A DNA stretch of 64,000 nucleotides from Octopus sinensis (GCF_006345805.1 NC_043000.1:28706001-28770000), one strand, 5' to 3'. Positions 12,097 through 25,543 are shown, numbered from the stretch's first letter. Notes: a model not told the origin generated them from the letters alone. A program made the numbers and translations.

Positions 12097-12097
<1 letters not shown>
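11261..12097 (+). mobile_element. 5'-truncated CR1-clade LINE (RT C-terminus plus 3' UTR), premature stop at 11506-11508
   Basis: One frame reads IRDLGVIVD…F A * PHLEYCCPLWSP…LEKLKLYSLQRRRER. (TA)n on both sides. Confidence 0.92.
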
Positions 12098-12166
<69 letters not shown>

Positions 12167-12234
12167 GTATGTATGTATGTATGCATGCATGTATATATCA
12201 AATGACTGAAACAAGTGAAAGAATAAAAGACTAA

Positions 12235-12283
<49 letters not shown>

Positions 12284-13031
12284 ATATACACGCACAAACT
12301 AATTTACTACAAATTCTCCCTAATTTTTCTATTCATAATTATTTATTGGCTTAGTATAACATTCATTAACATACTGCTTACTCTATAATATTACTAACTA
12401 CCCATAATATATTACTACCATATTTTTATAACCACATTCACAATTAATTTTATTCGATACTGAATTATACTTTAGAGATATATAAATTTTATTACCATAT
12501 CTTATTCTTTATTTCTGTTTTCGTTTTTGTAATAACTTCGATAAATATACTACTCCATCCTCTTGTAAGGTTTATACCATGCTCTTTCTACAAAACATTT
12601 ATCAGTTAATAGTTTTGCTCCCAACACTCAGCACACAATGATATGAAAATGTAAGGTTATATCTTTTTCCACCTCTGATTAGATTCAACTTCAAAATGTT
12701 TTTAATTATACTAATTAATTTCTAAATCCTTAAATAGAAACAGCTGTCATAGATGATGTCCAATTTTGTAATTAATAAATAATTATTGATATAATTATCT
12801 CTATTTTCTTATTTTGTTCAAAAAATATATAAACTGCGGTTTATCAAATTACTTCATAGTTGAATATCAAATGTAATATTCAACACTTCTTGTAATAGGT
12901 AATAAACCAACATACTCATTGGATCTTATTATCCCTTAATGAGGTTTTTAACTTTTAATTGAACTTTTATATACATCTTTCATTAAATACAGGACTATAT
13001 TCACGTTTTAACATTTCCATTTTAAATATCT

Positions 13032-13201
13032 CTCTTTACCCTTTTACTTGTTTCAGACATTTGACTGTGGCCATGCTGGAGCACCGCCTTTAATCGAGCA
13101 AATCTACCCCCAGGACTTATTGTATCGAACCCCTTTGCCGAACCGCTAGGTTACGAGGACGTAAACGTTCCAGGGGGACAAACATAAACACTCAAACAAA
13201 T

Positions 13202-13253
<52 letters not shown>

Positions 13254-13400
13254 GACAGGCTTCTTTCCGTTTCCGTCTACCAGATCCACTCATAAGGCTT
13301 TGGTCGGCCTGAGGCTATAGTAGAAGACACTTGCCCAAGGTGCCACACAGTGGAACTGAACCCGGAACCATGTGGTTCGTAAGTAATCTACTTGCCACCA
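13032..13400 (-). mobile_element. Family B SINE (tRNA head, CTTGGGCAAGTGTCTT box, internal TA/TG microsatellite, tail …atgactgaaacaagtaaaag)
   Basis: Similar to the more than ten other copies in the window. Confidence 0.9.
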
Positions 13401-13524
13401 AAATCCCACGTCGACATGCAAACAAACAAAATTAACAGCTGGGTACTGATATGCAAAATTATACAACCTAACAGTCATATTTTAATCGTGACATGCAAAT
13501 CAACAAGTGGTGCTGATGAACAAT

Positions 13525-13836
13525 GATTTTTTGTTTATGCCCCCTTTTCCAGCCTAGCCAGGCTCATGGGCCCCGTTTCCCGTTTCTGTACGTATGTCCC
13601 CCCCCCCAGCTTGACGGGCCGCCAGTCCATTGCATCGTTACCCAAGAAACAAGAAGAGAGATTGAGAGAAAGTTGGGGCGAAAAAGTACAAGGGTCGCCA
13701 CCCCACCCCCTGCCGGAGCCTCGAGGAGCTTTAGGTGTTTTTGCTCAATAAACACACACAATGACCGGTCTGGGAATGAGACCGTGATCCTTTGACTGCG
13801 AGTCTGCTCTCCTAACCACTGGGCCATTGCACCTCC
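13525..13836 (-). mobile_element. Family C SINE (tRNA-Arg-like head) with 13-bp TSD
   Basis: Head ggaggtgcaatggcccagtggttagg…; TSD GCTGATGAACAAT at 13512-13524 and 13837-13849. Confidence 0.9.
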
Positions 13837-14267
13837 GCTGATGAACAATAACGGCTATAAAGTCGTTGGCAGGAAAGTCCTTACGAACTTAATCAGTGTA
13901 TAAACAGCAAATCGCACATCAAATATAGTCAATTTCATTCTTGAGAATGAGATGTGAAATTGCCTAGAAAACTTGGACATGGATTTAGGAATTCTACTGT
14001 TTCGAAGCAACTGTAAAAAGCTAGTGAGAAAATATGAGAAATCTAAAATGACGAGTATAAAACTTAGACATATATGTACATTTAATAAAGAATGTATATG
14101 TATACATATATATGTACATGTGTGAGAGAGAATGTGTGTGTGTGTGTGTGTGAGTGTGCGTGTGTGCGTGGTATGTGTGGTTTCAAATAGTGAAAGTTAA
14201 CGGTGATGCCCCAGCATGGGACGCGTCAACATCCACATAACTTTGAGTATATATATATATATATATA

Positions 14268-14446
14268 GTTCAAATTTATAAGAAAACAAACACGAAGAAA
14301 CAACAAGCAAATGTATTAGTTTGACGTTCGCGAAAAGTGCAAAAGTCTTTAAGGTTTCGATCCTACACTCATCGAAAGAAGGGAATAAGAGGAAATAGAA
14401 AGAATGAGAAAAAAACGTGTCGAGTTCAGTGGTCCAACATGGCGAA
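14268..14446 (-). mobile_element. Short (TA)n-flanked element with a degenerate hammerhead; same family as 53321-53530
   Basis: Reverse strand tcttt-CGATGA-GTGTAGGATC-GAAA-CC-T-T-aaaga. Downstream ttttcgcgaacgtcaaactaatac resembles ttttctcgagcgtccaataatac. Confidence 0.6.
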
Positions 14447-15595
14447 TATATATATATATATACATATATATATACATATATATATATACACGCGCACACA
14501 TATATATATATGCATATATATATATATAAATATATATATACATATCTTTATATACATACATATATTACATTCATATAATTACTATCATTGTTGTTGTTGT
14601 CGTCGTCGTTGTTAAATATATATCGTACATATGTATGCGTGTATGTATATATACATGCCAGTGTTCAAGTCACGCCTCCGTATAAAACATCTTTCTAATT
14701 TACAAGGGTTCTATTTTTTTAAATGAAAGCAGGTTTCCTATACCTCACCATACATTTCATGAAAGTGCTTTTAAAGTGGTTTTGAGGGGAAAACGACTTG
14801 ATGCATGTAAATGCCATACACACTGGCATCCAGTACAAAATTGTGTATAGTATCCACGCGCTAACCTTGAACGAATATAAATTAAATTTACGTTAGATGA
14901 AAAGAAATATCACGATTTGGTGTTAATGAATTTTGATACATGCAGGCAAATGCAATTTATCGGTAAAAAATACTGCAAAGCTTGCAGCAAAGTGTAATAA
15001 ATATGAGTGATTTTTTATATGCAGACGTAGCAAATATTTTGTTAATATTAATACACAGCAAGCAACGGGAATAAAGTTGGATTTATTAGAAGTGCAAAAC
15101 AGCGAAGTATAATATATTTAAAATGTACATATATATAATTATAAGGACGGTATATTTAATCATCATTTGCAAAACGTAGATCATTGTCAGAACTAGGTAT
15201 AGCAGCGGCCCTAAAACTGGAAGGCTCATTCTTACTACTTACGTCGATTACTGGAATTCCGAATCACCATTATTTACTTTTTATATATTCAAAAACGAAT
15301 ATTTATAAAGTCATTATTATTGTTATTACTATCTGTGGTAAATATAATTTGATAACAACGACAATAATGTAGGTGGCAGCAGGCGTTAAATAGCGTTATA
15401 TAGCTATATAATTAAAATTGAAATTTATCATAAGCGCACACGAAGCGCCTGCCTACTAGAAAGTGGAGTTAAAAACCTCAGCATAACCACCAATGTCACT
15501 GAAAATTCATTAGATAACAACAGTTGCCGGACAAACGAACAAAAAATTGTGACATACCATCATAGCTTAATGTTATATATTTTGATATTTAGATA

Positions 15596-15650
15596 TACTT
15601 GTATCATGATTTCGAGTTTTGGCGAAAAGCCTTAACTCTCTTCAGTAAGT
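15596..15650 (-). ncRNA. Type I hammerhead ribozyme, intact core
   Basis: Reverse strand actta-CTGAAGA-GAGTT-AA-GGC-TTTTC-GCC-AA-AACTC-GAAA-TCATGA-T-A-caagt. Confidence 0.8.
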
Positions 15651-16389
15651 CTTACCAAGTGAAAAATTCAACTCGTCCCGTTGGAGTCTGCTAACATTCT
15701 GAATTGTTAACTCAACTGATGCCACTTTTAAACTTAAAAGTTGCATTATATTTGTTTCATTCCAATTCGTTTTTTTTTTTAAATGTCTATACGAGATAAT
15801 TACATCCTACAGGTGGGTGGCTGATTAAATGAACGTCTTAAAGCACCTGTTTTCGAACTACCATTTTAACGAGCCAAGCTCTATGAGCTCCGAACTCCTC
15901 CCGATGTAGGTCTCTACAATAACCTACTTCACGCCTAGACCACACTTTGTCATACAATTATTCATTGTTTCTTCATTCATCCAGTCTTTTAAAAAATATT
16001 TTAACATAAACTCCATTGAGTACTAATTATTTAAGAAAAGGCTTTTTCTGTAAAGAAAAAAAAAAGAGGCAGTTTTGCGCCACCAGTGCAACATAAAAAA
16101 CAATGGCGTGGTGTGATTCTCAACACTGTATTTACATTCAGTATGATACATAGATGGATATATATGGAAAACGTTTACAGTGAATTACACGTTTTCATAA
16201 GCCTGCCTTCATCAGACTCACTTTGCGGGTAAATCGAAGTCGAACTCAGACATTTTGTTTTAAACTTAATAAATACTCCTCAAAAATATTGAATAATCCT
16301 TTAGTTTAATGTTAAATAGACACACACACACACTCACATCGTGTATGTGAGTGTGTGTGTATATATATATATGTGTATATATATATATA

Positions 16390-16524
<135 letters not shown>

Positions 16525-17127
16525 TGTTCTTCAATTGCCTCATCAAAGTATGTGTAAATACGGACGAGATGGTAAAATAAATAATCTTGGTATACGACCA
16601 TAGTAAATCTACTAATAATGTACAGCTCAATATTGAGAACGAGACACTTTTTTAAATGTGAGGCCGACATCCATTTTGATTGGGATATATATACATATGT
16701 ATATATATATATATACAAACACACTTAAATTCATATATTCACAAAAGCATCGAACTGCTTGACTAACAAAGAGGCTTTGTCATATTGTTAGGAACCGGCT
16801 TGGAATCTGCGAAAAACAACTTAAATATCTCACAATGGAAAAAAAAAGCACACACACCAAATTTTATAGATATTTGTATGTATACTTTATACATAAATTT
16901 TAAGCATACATACGCACTTACACCACGCACACGGACGCATTATATATTTATGGATGTATTCAGGGTGTTAATGGAGTCGGTGCATTTGGGGGCGTATATT
17001 GTGCTCGATTAATTGTGCATATGTTCGAGAGTATATATTTGTATATTTTAAAACAATATAATAAACACTTGCAAACAGAAAATATACAAATATACATGTT
17101 TCTCTCCCCCTCTCTCTCTCTCCCTCG

Positions 17128-17182
<55 letters not shown>

Positions 17183-17371
17183 TATAATGTATATTATATA
17201 TGTATTTGTATATATTATATATATATTGTATGTATATATATGTGTGTGTGTGTTATATATACAACATATATATAATATATAGATACATATATATAATATA
17301 TATATATTTGCGTGTGCGTCTGATATATATATATATGTGTGTGTGTATGTAATATAGATAGATAGATAGAT

Positions 17372-17419
<48 letters not shown>

Positions 17420-17936
17420 TGAATATACATACATTTATACGCATGTAGCATGGGGTTTTGGTGGGGTTGTAAAGTGGGTAGCTGTGGGTGCTTAACTGTT
17501 TCGGGGAGTGAGTAAGTAAATGGGAGGCTGGAGTAAATGATGAAAAAGTGGGTACCCGTGTACGCCAGCACATAGAATAATCTGACAGCAAAACGTCAGT
17601 GAATGATTTAATAGAAAATTGACACGGCTTTATGTTGGCGGGCAACGGTTGTATCTGACTCAACAGGCGCTTGCACAGGCACGCACACAACTGGAGTGAA
17701 GGATAGAGCAATCGAACGGAGAAAGGGAGAGAAAGAATGACAGAAACGGAGGCGGGCAGACATATATACATATATACATATATATTACATATATATATAT
17801 ATATACATATATATATATTATATATATATATATATATATGTATGATCATTTCTTAAGTATGTGTCGCAACGGTATATATGTGTATATATATATATATATA
17901 CACAGACATATATATATATTTGTATGTATATATATG

Positions 17937-17978
<42 letters not shown>

Positions 17979-18023
17979 ATATATATATATATATGTATAT
18001 ATACAATATATATGTATATATAT

Positions 18024-18065
<42 letters not shown>

Positions 18066-18591
18066 ATACACATATATGTGTGTGTGCACATATATATATA
18101 TATATGTGAACACATACATATATATAATATATATATATACACATATATACATACACATACATGCATATATATATATATATATAATATATATATATATAAT
18201 ATATATATATAAGGAGAGGAAGAGTGAGCGAAAAAGCAGGACATAAAGAATTATTAATGAGAAGAGATGGGAGAGGAAACCGAAGCATTGTGCTGCCGTT
18301 GACATTACAGTCAAACATATGAATGCGCCTATAACAACGACATGTTGGGTGTACTATTTCAGTTAAATATATGGGCACACACGCGACCTCTATCGACTTC
18401 CGGTCTATGTGCAACAAAATGTAACATAAGCGTCAGGTTACATTTAAACCGCCACCACAACCACAACCCTCCATCATTCGACACAGAGCACAAGCGTTTG
18501 AATTATAGATGATTTTTTTTTTTTGAAAAACATAAAGCAGCACGGTAAAGCATATTTTCTATAGTAGAAGTAGTGGTGATGGTGGTGGTTT

Positions 18592-18685
18592 GTGTAGTAG
18601 CATCTGGAGTAGTAGTAGTATAGTAGTAGTAGTAGTAGTAGTAGTAATGGTGGTGGTGATGGTGGTGGTGGTGGTGGTGGTAGTG

Positions 18686-18718
<33 letters not shown>

Positions 18719-18733
18719 ATGGTGGTGGTGGTG

Positions 18734-18769
<36 letters not shown>

Positions 18770-18826
18770 ATGGTGGTGGTGGTGGTGGTGGTGATGGTGG
18801 TGGTGGTAGTAGTAGTAGTAGTAGTA
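18592..18826. repeat. Compound (GTA)n/(GTG)n trinucleotide repeat
   Basis: Direct reading. Confidence 0.97.
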
Positions 18827-19176
18827 ACAGCAGCAGTTATTGCTTTTACTTTCAACAGGAATGTCGAATAAGGAGCACATTACAATGACAGTTTACACAT
18901 TTTGAGTTAGGGTTTACGTGATACAAGACGAAGGGCGAAACAATAGTGTGGAGAAAGATAGGAATAAATCAAACGCATAATATTCAAAATATTGTATACA
19001 AAAATATAGCATGTATAGTATACATAATATATGAACACGTGGATAATACTGACCAAGTCCTTTACTGGCTAGAAGCCCCTTACACGTACGTACAAAAAAC
19101 ATATGAACAAGTTTATTTAGAACACGTCTGGGGTGTGAATAAACACTGAAAAGAGGGGCGAAGCAAATAGGTAGAA

Positions 19177-19575
19177 CTAGCAGTATCGCCCGGCGTTGCT
19201 CGGGTTTGTAAGGGAAATAACTATATAAGCATTTTTAGAGAGTTATAGCCAAAAAATAGCAAAAAAATGCATTAAAAATGGAAAAAAAATTATGGTAAAT
19301 TTTTTTTTTAATTGTTGACTCATCGTAGACATTTTTAGAGAGTTACTTCCCTTATATAATAGCGAAAAAAATGCATTAAAATGGAAAAAAATGATGGTCA
19401 ATTTTTTTTTTAATCGTAGACTCATCGAAGACGCGCGCTAATACCCAGAAGGGCTCGATATGAATCACGACAATAAGGTACCCGGTTTTGGTTAAACTGC
19501 ACCGCAAAATGTGGGAGTAGTTAGGAATCTAAATCATAGGAGACAGACACACAACTTGACTTTTATATATAAAGA
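19177..19575 (-). mobile_element. Non-autonomous Helitron with an internal ~100-bp tandem duplication
   Basis: Reverse strand A|TC…cccgagcaacgccggg hairpin…CTAG|T. Homologous to 60461-60973. Confidence 0.85.
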
Positions 19576-19744
19576 TATCATAAAAAAAAGCATTTAAAAT
19601 TTATACCAGTAGAAATAACAGCGACAAGCACAATGTTAGGAACCTACATTCATGAAGGATGAGGGCAACTGAAGATGCTCAGTACCTTGCGTTCTTTGTA
19701 GTTGGTTTCTCTCTTCACTGCAATCGCTAGTCTGAATTTAAAAA

Positions 19745-20221
19745 CTGTTTGAACTCAGTACGTAAAGACATACGAAATACCGCTAAGTACTTCGTCCGGC
19801 ATGCTAACGTTTCTTATTCCTTTACTGCCCACAAGGGGCTACACACAAAGGGGGGACAAACAAGGACAGACAAACGGATTAAGTTGATTATATCGACCTC
19901 AGTGCGTAACTGGTACTTATTAAATCGACCCCGAAAGGATGAAAGGTAAAGTCGACCTCGGCAGAATTTCAACTCAGAACGTAGCTGCAGACGAAATACT
20001 TTTTTCTTTACTACCCACAAGGGGCTAAACACAGAGGAGACAATCAAGGACAGACAAACGGATTAAGTCGATTACATCGACCCCAGTGCGTAACTGGTAC
20101 CTATTTAATCGACCCCGAAAGGATGAAAGGCAAAGTCGACCTCGGCGGAATTTGAACTCAGAACGTAGCGGCAGACTAAGCATTTGGCCCGGCATGCTAA
20201 CGTTTCTGCCAGCTCACCGCC
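19745..20221 (-). mobile_element. Family A SINE, head plus two tandem units, abutting an older family A head fragment
   Basis: Same unit and junction as 2749-3245, reverse orientation. Confidence 0.88.
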
Positions 20222-21056
20222 TTACACGTACCTGTGTCGCTAATCGCGTCCATTTATCAAATTCGACTCGAGCAGTACGTTTCTGTTCACCACACCTTAC
20301 GTTTCAAGTGGATATTGAAGAAGTTGATGTGGACTTCGTCAGAGCTTTTAAACATGATCTTCCGTCTACCATAGATCTTCCGTCAAACCAAAGTAAACGG
20401 CGTGCTCTTTCATGCTACAGAAAGCAGTTGGCTGAACTTGTCGCTTAGTTCAGTTCCGTCACCAATGTTCAGATATTAAACAAATGTGTTGAGAACAGTT
20501 CCGTCACACATAAAGAATCTCAAAAAAGCGCAACTACGCTAAACTTGCCTCGGTAAAGCGTATTCGAACAGATTATATTTCGTATTACGAGTTCCAAGCC
20601 AGAGATTTCTGAAGATTTTCCCAAAGTCGAAGTCCTCTGGTTTCAACTAATTCGTCCAGGGTCTTCCAAAGTACATCGCCGTTCATGCTGACCACTAACA
20701 TTCTATAGTACGCATGACTGATAGGAACTGTGAACACCAAACAATATTTCAGATACCGGACTGCATTAGGCTCAGGACTACAGCTCAGAGAATTTACAGG
20801 TGTTACATCAGAGTTTTCCTTGTAGAGAAAGGTATCTATACGAAGACTAGGGGACCCACACTCCCAGCCTTTAGATGGTCGTTGACTCCACTGGATTTAT
20901 ATGTTGTGTGACAAGTTGTTTATCATCCTGCAAAACATCCTGCAAAATGTCTAACAAAATTCACTCTCCTTAACAAGCAGGCTTAGTAATGTTGCCGTTT
21001 TAGTCACCTACGGCCAGACCATGTGAGAGGTTGTAACTAGGTTACATGAGAAAATG

Positions 21057-21160
21057 GAGAAGAAGAAGAAGAAGAAGAAGAAGAAGGAGGAGGAGGAGGA
21101 GGAGGAGGAGGAGGAGGAGGAGGGGGAGGGGAGGGAGAGAAGAAGAAGAAGAAGAAGAAG
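21057..21160. repeat. (GAA)n/(GGA)n purine tract
   Basis: Direct reading. Confidence 0.95.
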
Positions 21161-21298
21161 ATAGAAACAACTTTTCATAAATATCGTGTTAATTTAACGC
21201 TTAAAAGTCAGAAGAGTTTTGGCGTTTTGCGCACTAGTCCTTCATCAGAAAAATATACAAACGGGAAAAAAATGAAGTAGGAACGGTGTTGGGAAACA

Positions 21299-21330
<32 letters not shown>

Positions 21331-21761
21331 AAAACGTCATGGGTCAGATGTAATTATGGTTCTACCGTGAAATTAGGAAGGGAAATGGTTGCATGTATAG
21401 GAGAGTATCCGTCTCTAGAGATGGCATAGAGAGATGTGTGTAGGAGTGGTATGGAGTGAGCTTGGCATCTTGAGGGGTGTGTAGGCATGTGGAGGTGTGC
21501 AAGTGTGGGAGACTTATATGCTGAAGGCTGATTATTATTCCACTCTTTTAAATTTTCGAAAAAGGCAAGCAAGTTTAGGGGTAATAGGTAAGTCGATTAC
21601 ATTGACTCCAGTGCTCAACTGGTACTTATTTTATCGATCTTCCTCAGGGCAATTTTGAACTCAAAATACGAAGAACCAGAAGAAAGGGTACTAGGTATTT
21701 TGAACCTTTTGGCCGACGTCCTATCGATTCTGCTAGCTCACTGCTTTATATCGTCCTTGTA

Positions 21762-22348
21762 CAGGATGTTCAAAACGTTTAACCGCAGTAACTATTTTAT
21801 TTAAGACTACAAAAGAACATATTAGACATTACAAGATTTAAAAAAACTTTATAAGAGGTGTTGAAAGTGTCGTCCTTCATTTTCAATACATAAAATTTAG
21901 TTTCTTTTTTACTGCCGTGTGAGCACTTCCTAGGCTGATTTCCGTTTCCTGTGACAATTTGTGTAAGGACTTTGACGGCCTTGCAAACAGTTTTTCAGAA
22001 ATATTGGAGAGTGTTTCGTGTGAAAGAACAGTAGGCCCTACCTCGTCTTGCTGCGTCTTCCACTGAGCCTGTATTTCAAATCCCGTACAGTGTCACGATG
22101 AAAAACAACGGTATTTGGAAAAGTCTCACTGAACTTCTATTTCACAGTATCTGTGTATTTGTTTCCAGCTCGAAATATCCATTCAACTAAAAACGTACAT
22201 CCTTCAATTGTTAGCATGTCGACACGCTGAGGGGTACACAATGACTGAGGAACAATGGCTGACATCCGGCCGCCCATGCAGTGACAGCCAAGTTGCGCAT
22301 GCGCAGGATCAAAAGAATTCACTGCTGGGAGACTTTTTGAACACCCTG
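21762..22348 (-). mobile_element. Internally deleted Tc1/mariner-superfamily transposon with both TIRs and TA TSDs
   Basis: TA|CAGGATGTTCAAAA … TTTTGAACACCCTG|TA. Reverse strand gives a broken N-terminal HTH region (MLTIEGCTFLVEWIFR…GSVEDA…LSQETEISLGSAH) joined to the C-terminal NEGRHFQHLL*. Confidence 0.9.
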
Positions 22349-22359
22349 TACAATGGCTT

Positions 22360-22783
22360 CAAATTTTGACATAAGGCTAATTTCAGGGGAGCGATGAGCC
22401 TATTTCATTAACCCAGTGTTCAACTGGTCGACTTGAATGATAGAAAGTGAAAGTCGATCACAGTGGAATTTGAACTCAGAATGTAGAGCCGTAAGAATTT
22501 CGGTTAACTATTTTGACCGATACTTCTAACGATTCTGCCAGCTCAGCGTCTTATAGCAACTTATGTAATTCTAGATTTGGCACAAGACCAGCAAATTTTA
22601 AGGGAGAAAGCAAGCCGATATAATCGACCCTACTGCATTACTGGTACTTAATTTTATCTAACCCGAAAAGATAAAAGACCAAGTCGTCCTTAGCGGAATT
22701 TCAGCGCAGAACGTAAAAACCGGAGGAAATGCTGGTAAGCAGTTTGACTGATGCGCTAGCGTTTCTGCCCGCTCGCCGCCTTA
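22360..22783 (-). mobile_element. Two adjacent diverged family A SINEs
   Basis: gtggaatttgaactcagaa…gattctgccagctc at ~22460-22550, and a second copy ending gcccgctcgccgcc at ~22783. Confidence 0.75.
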
Positions 22784-24095
22784 GAGCAACCTTATAGAAT
22801 GAATTACTGAGTACCAAGTAATTACTACATGTATATGTACGAGTCAATATATTTATATATTTAAATATTTACACAGAAGCATTCAATCGCTAAAATTAAT
22901 TTCACAGTAAAGAAAGATAAATTAAATGCCTATCGATCTTCGAAAAGATATTGCATATTTTCTCGTTACTTGTAATGGAGCCAGTTTATAAAATGCGAAT
23001 TAATCCTGGAAAGAAGTGCGTGTGATGTGAATTATTAAACAACCACAGATAACAAGTTAATTTATGTTGTTATCTGAAGTAAATCAATAACGACGCAATA
23101 CAATGGCAGTTAGATTCTAGAACAGTTGGGTAATATTCATCCTGTCTTTTTCATTTGTGGCGGCTCAGCAATTGCGCTTGGCCAAATTAGCCGACGCTGT
23201 TATATAAAGTGGCGTGGCGAATTTGACTAAAAAAATATGTCCAACTATATTTAAAAAAGACTAAATACGTAAAACAAATAAATACTTTATCAAGAGATAG
23301 GAGGATTTTTTTTTGTGTGTGTGTGTGGTAAGTAGCATGATTACCAACCACATAGTTCCGGCTTCACTCCCACTGCGTGACACTTTGGGCAAATGTATTC
23401 TACTATAACCTCGGGCCTACATTTGTGGTGTTGAGTGAGGGGTGCGCTAGGAATGTGGCTCGAGTGTCAAGGGGGCGACAGCCCGAAAAAGTTTCGGAAC
23501 CACTGAAGTAAACGATAAAAGATATATGGTTAGAATTTATTGGCTAAGTATATCTTTGATATGCGAGATTTGTGTTTTAAAAGTTCTGGGTTCCATCCCA
23601 TTGCGCGACACTCCGAGCAGATACATTCTACATCTTTGAGTTGATGAATATCTTTTTATGGAATTTAACGCACATATAAAGGACTAAAAATTTAAGTCCT
23701 TTTTCTATGCTAGCAGGGGTGAGATGAATATATGGCTGAGGCACTGGTTTACATATGAATGACCTTCCAGTCGACAACCCTCATCTGTTTTTCAAGTAAG
23801 TTATCTCTTATTTTGCACAGCTTTGAATGTAGAATAATATATAATCTGAAACGAGAACTCGAGTAAAGACCATAAAAAGTTTGCCTCGATAAAATATATT
23901 GTATAGCTATTTTTTCAGCATAGCTATTTTTTCACCCTTTTTCTTTCCATTTTCCTCACGCTTATCTGTTTATATTAATATATATGTATGTATCCGTGCA
24001 TATGTATATATAATATAATATAATATAATATAAAATAATTCAAATAATATATATATATATGCCTATATACAACGTATATATACATGCATCTATAC

Positions 24096-24134
<39 letters not shown>

Positions 24135-24138
<4 letters not shown>

Positions 24139-24485
24139 TATGCATACGTAGGCACAGGACGTTGTGAAACGTGTACAACAAAAATGTACGAAGCACGAGT
24201 ACATGGAACATGAACTATTCTTTCGACCAACGAAAGACACAAATGGAAAACAAAACAAACAACAAAAAGAACGACACTTCACCAGTTGCTGGCTGTCTTT
24301 CTAGTTTCGTATTTCAAGCATTTATCAACAATATACGCTTTCGATAAAACAGTTGCTCCAACAAAGCAAATTGAATAAAGATTGGGATTTTTGCGGAGAG
24401 TCAAAATAGGTAACACAAACAGGACAGTGAAAACAAACAGGAAGGGCTGCTAAGCCTGAACAAGGTTGTGGTGGGGAACCCATGA
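24135..24485 (-). mobile_element. Family D repeat copy
   Basis: Reverse complement resembles 56072-56395. Confidence 0.8.
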
Positions 24486-24550
24486 ATCAAGTTAAGACAG
24501 GATATATATATATATGTGTATCAAGAAACACACACACGCATATATATATA

Positions 24551-24684
<134 letters not shown>

Positions 24685-25479
24685 TGTGGTTAGTACTCAG
24701 GAGATTATTTATGTAAATCTATCAATAATATTCCGGATAAGGTATAGACACGAATTGTACCTTTTCCGGAGCTACGTTTGTTTTGGGGCCGGAAGAAAGA
24801 GAATGCAACCAAAAATATTGCACTTTTCCTGATTTCAATCGGCATAAAATTATCCTGTCATCCTTTTACTAGTTTTAGTCATTAGACTGTCATCATTTTA
24901 ATAAATGCGTTCGTTCTGGTTGCTATATATAAAGACCACATCTCCTTCCTCTTCTATGTATTTTGCCGTCTTGTTGAATATTGTACATACAGTAACAAGG
25001 CGTAAGCTCTAGGACCTCAGTTTATGCTGTAGATTTATACGGACGCTCTGTTCGTAAGATTAGTGGTAAACACTTCATCAAATTCCTAATTAACAATATT
25101 TTTACTGAATTTTCATCTCGGACTCATGGGCCTACAGTATTGTTGACACTTGAACCTTTGACACAACGGCCTTTATTCGGTTCTCTCTATTTTTTTCTTT
25201 CTCATCCGGCGCTTATCTATTTAGTTATTTGTTTATATAATTCATTCGCAATATTCTTGTTTTTTTTTTTAACCATAGATAGAACTTATTAATATTATTT
25301 TTTACTCTTTGCTGCTGGTTGTACGTAAGAAAGCGAATTTCGCTATGCGATCTTTTCTTTTAATAGTGTTATAAAACAAAAATATAGTCACATGCACACA
25401 CACACACGCATACACAAATACACATATACATATATATATATACAAATATATATACTTATACATATACATATATATATAT

Positions 25480-25543
<64 letters not shown>

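Noticed and set aside
12290-13020. Possible decayed coding sequence on the minus strand (EYVGL, LKWK fragments)
   Set aside because: Many stops; the motif matches are too short to separate from chance in AT-rich DNA
18503-18880. Poly-His/Tyr, poly-Thr and poly-Val ORFs
   Set aside because: Trinucleotide microsatellite read-through; no flanking coding signal
20295-20346. HHR-like CTGACGA…GAAACGTA on the minus strand
   Set aside because: Core words are present, but there is no credible stem II and stem I is only 2 bp
20612-20660. CTGAAGA…GAAGTC inside a ccagag/ctctgg inverted repeat
   Set aside because: Stem III is absent and stem II is poor
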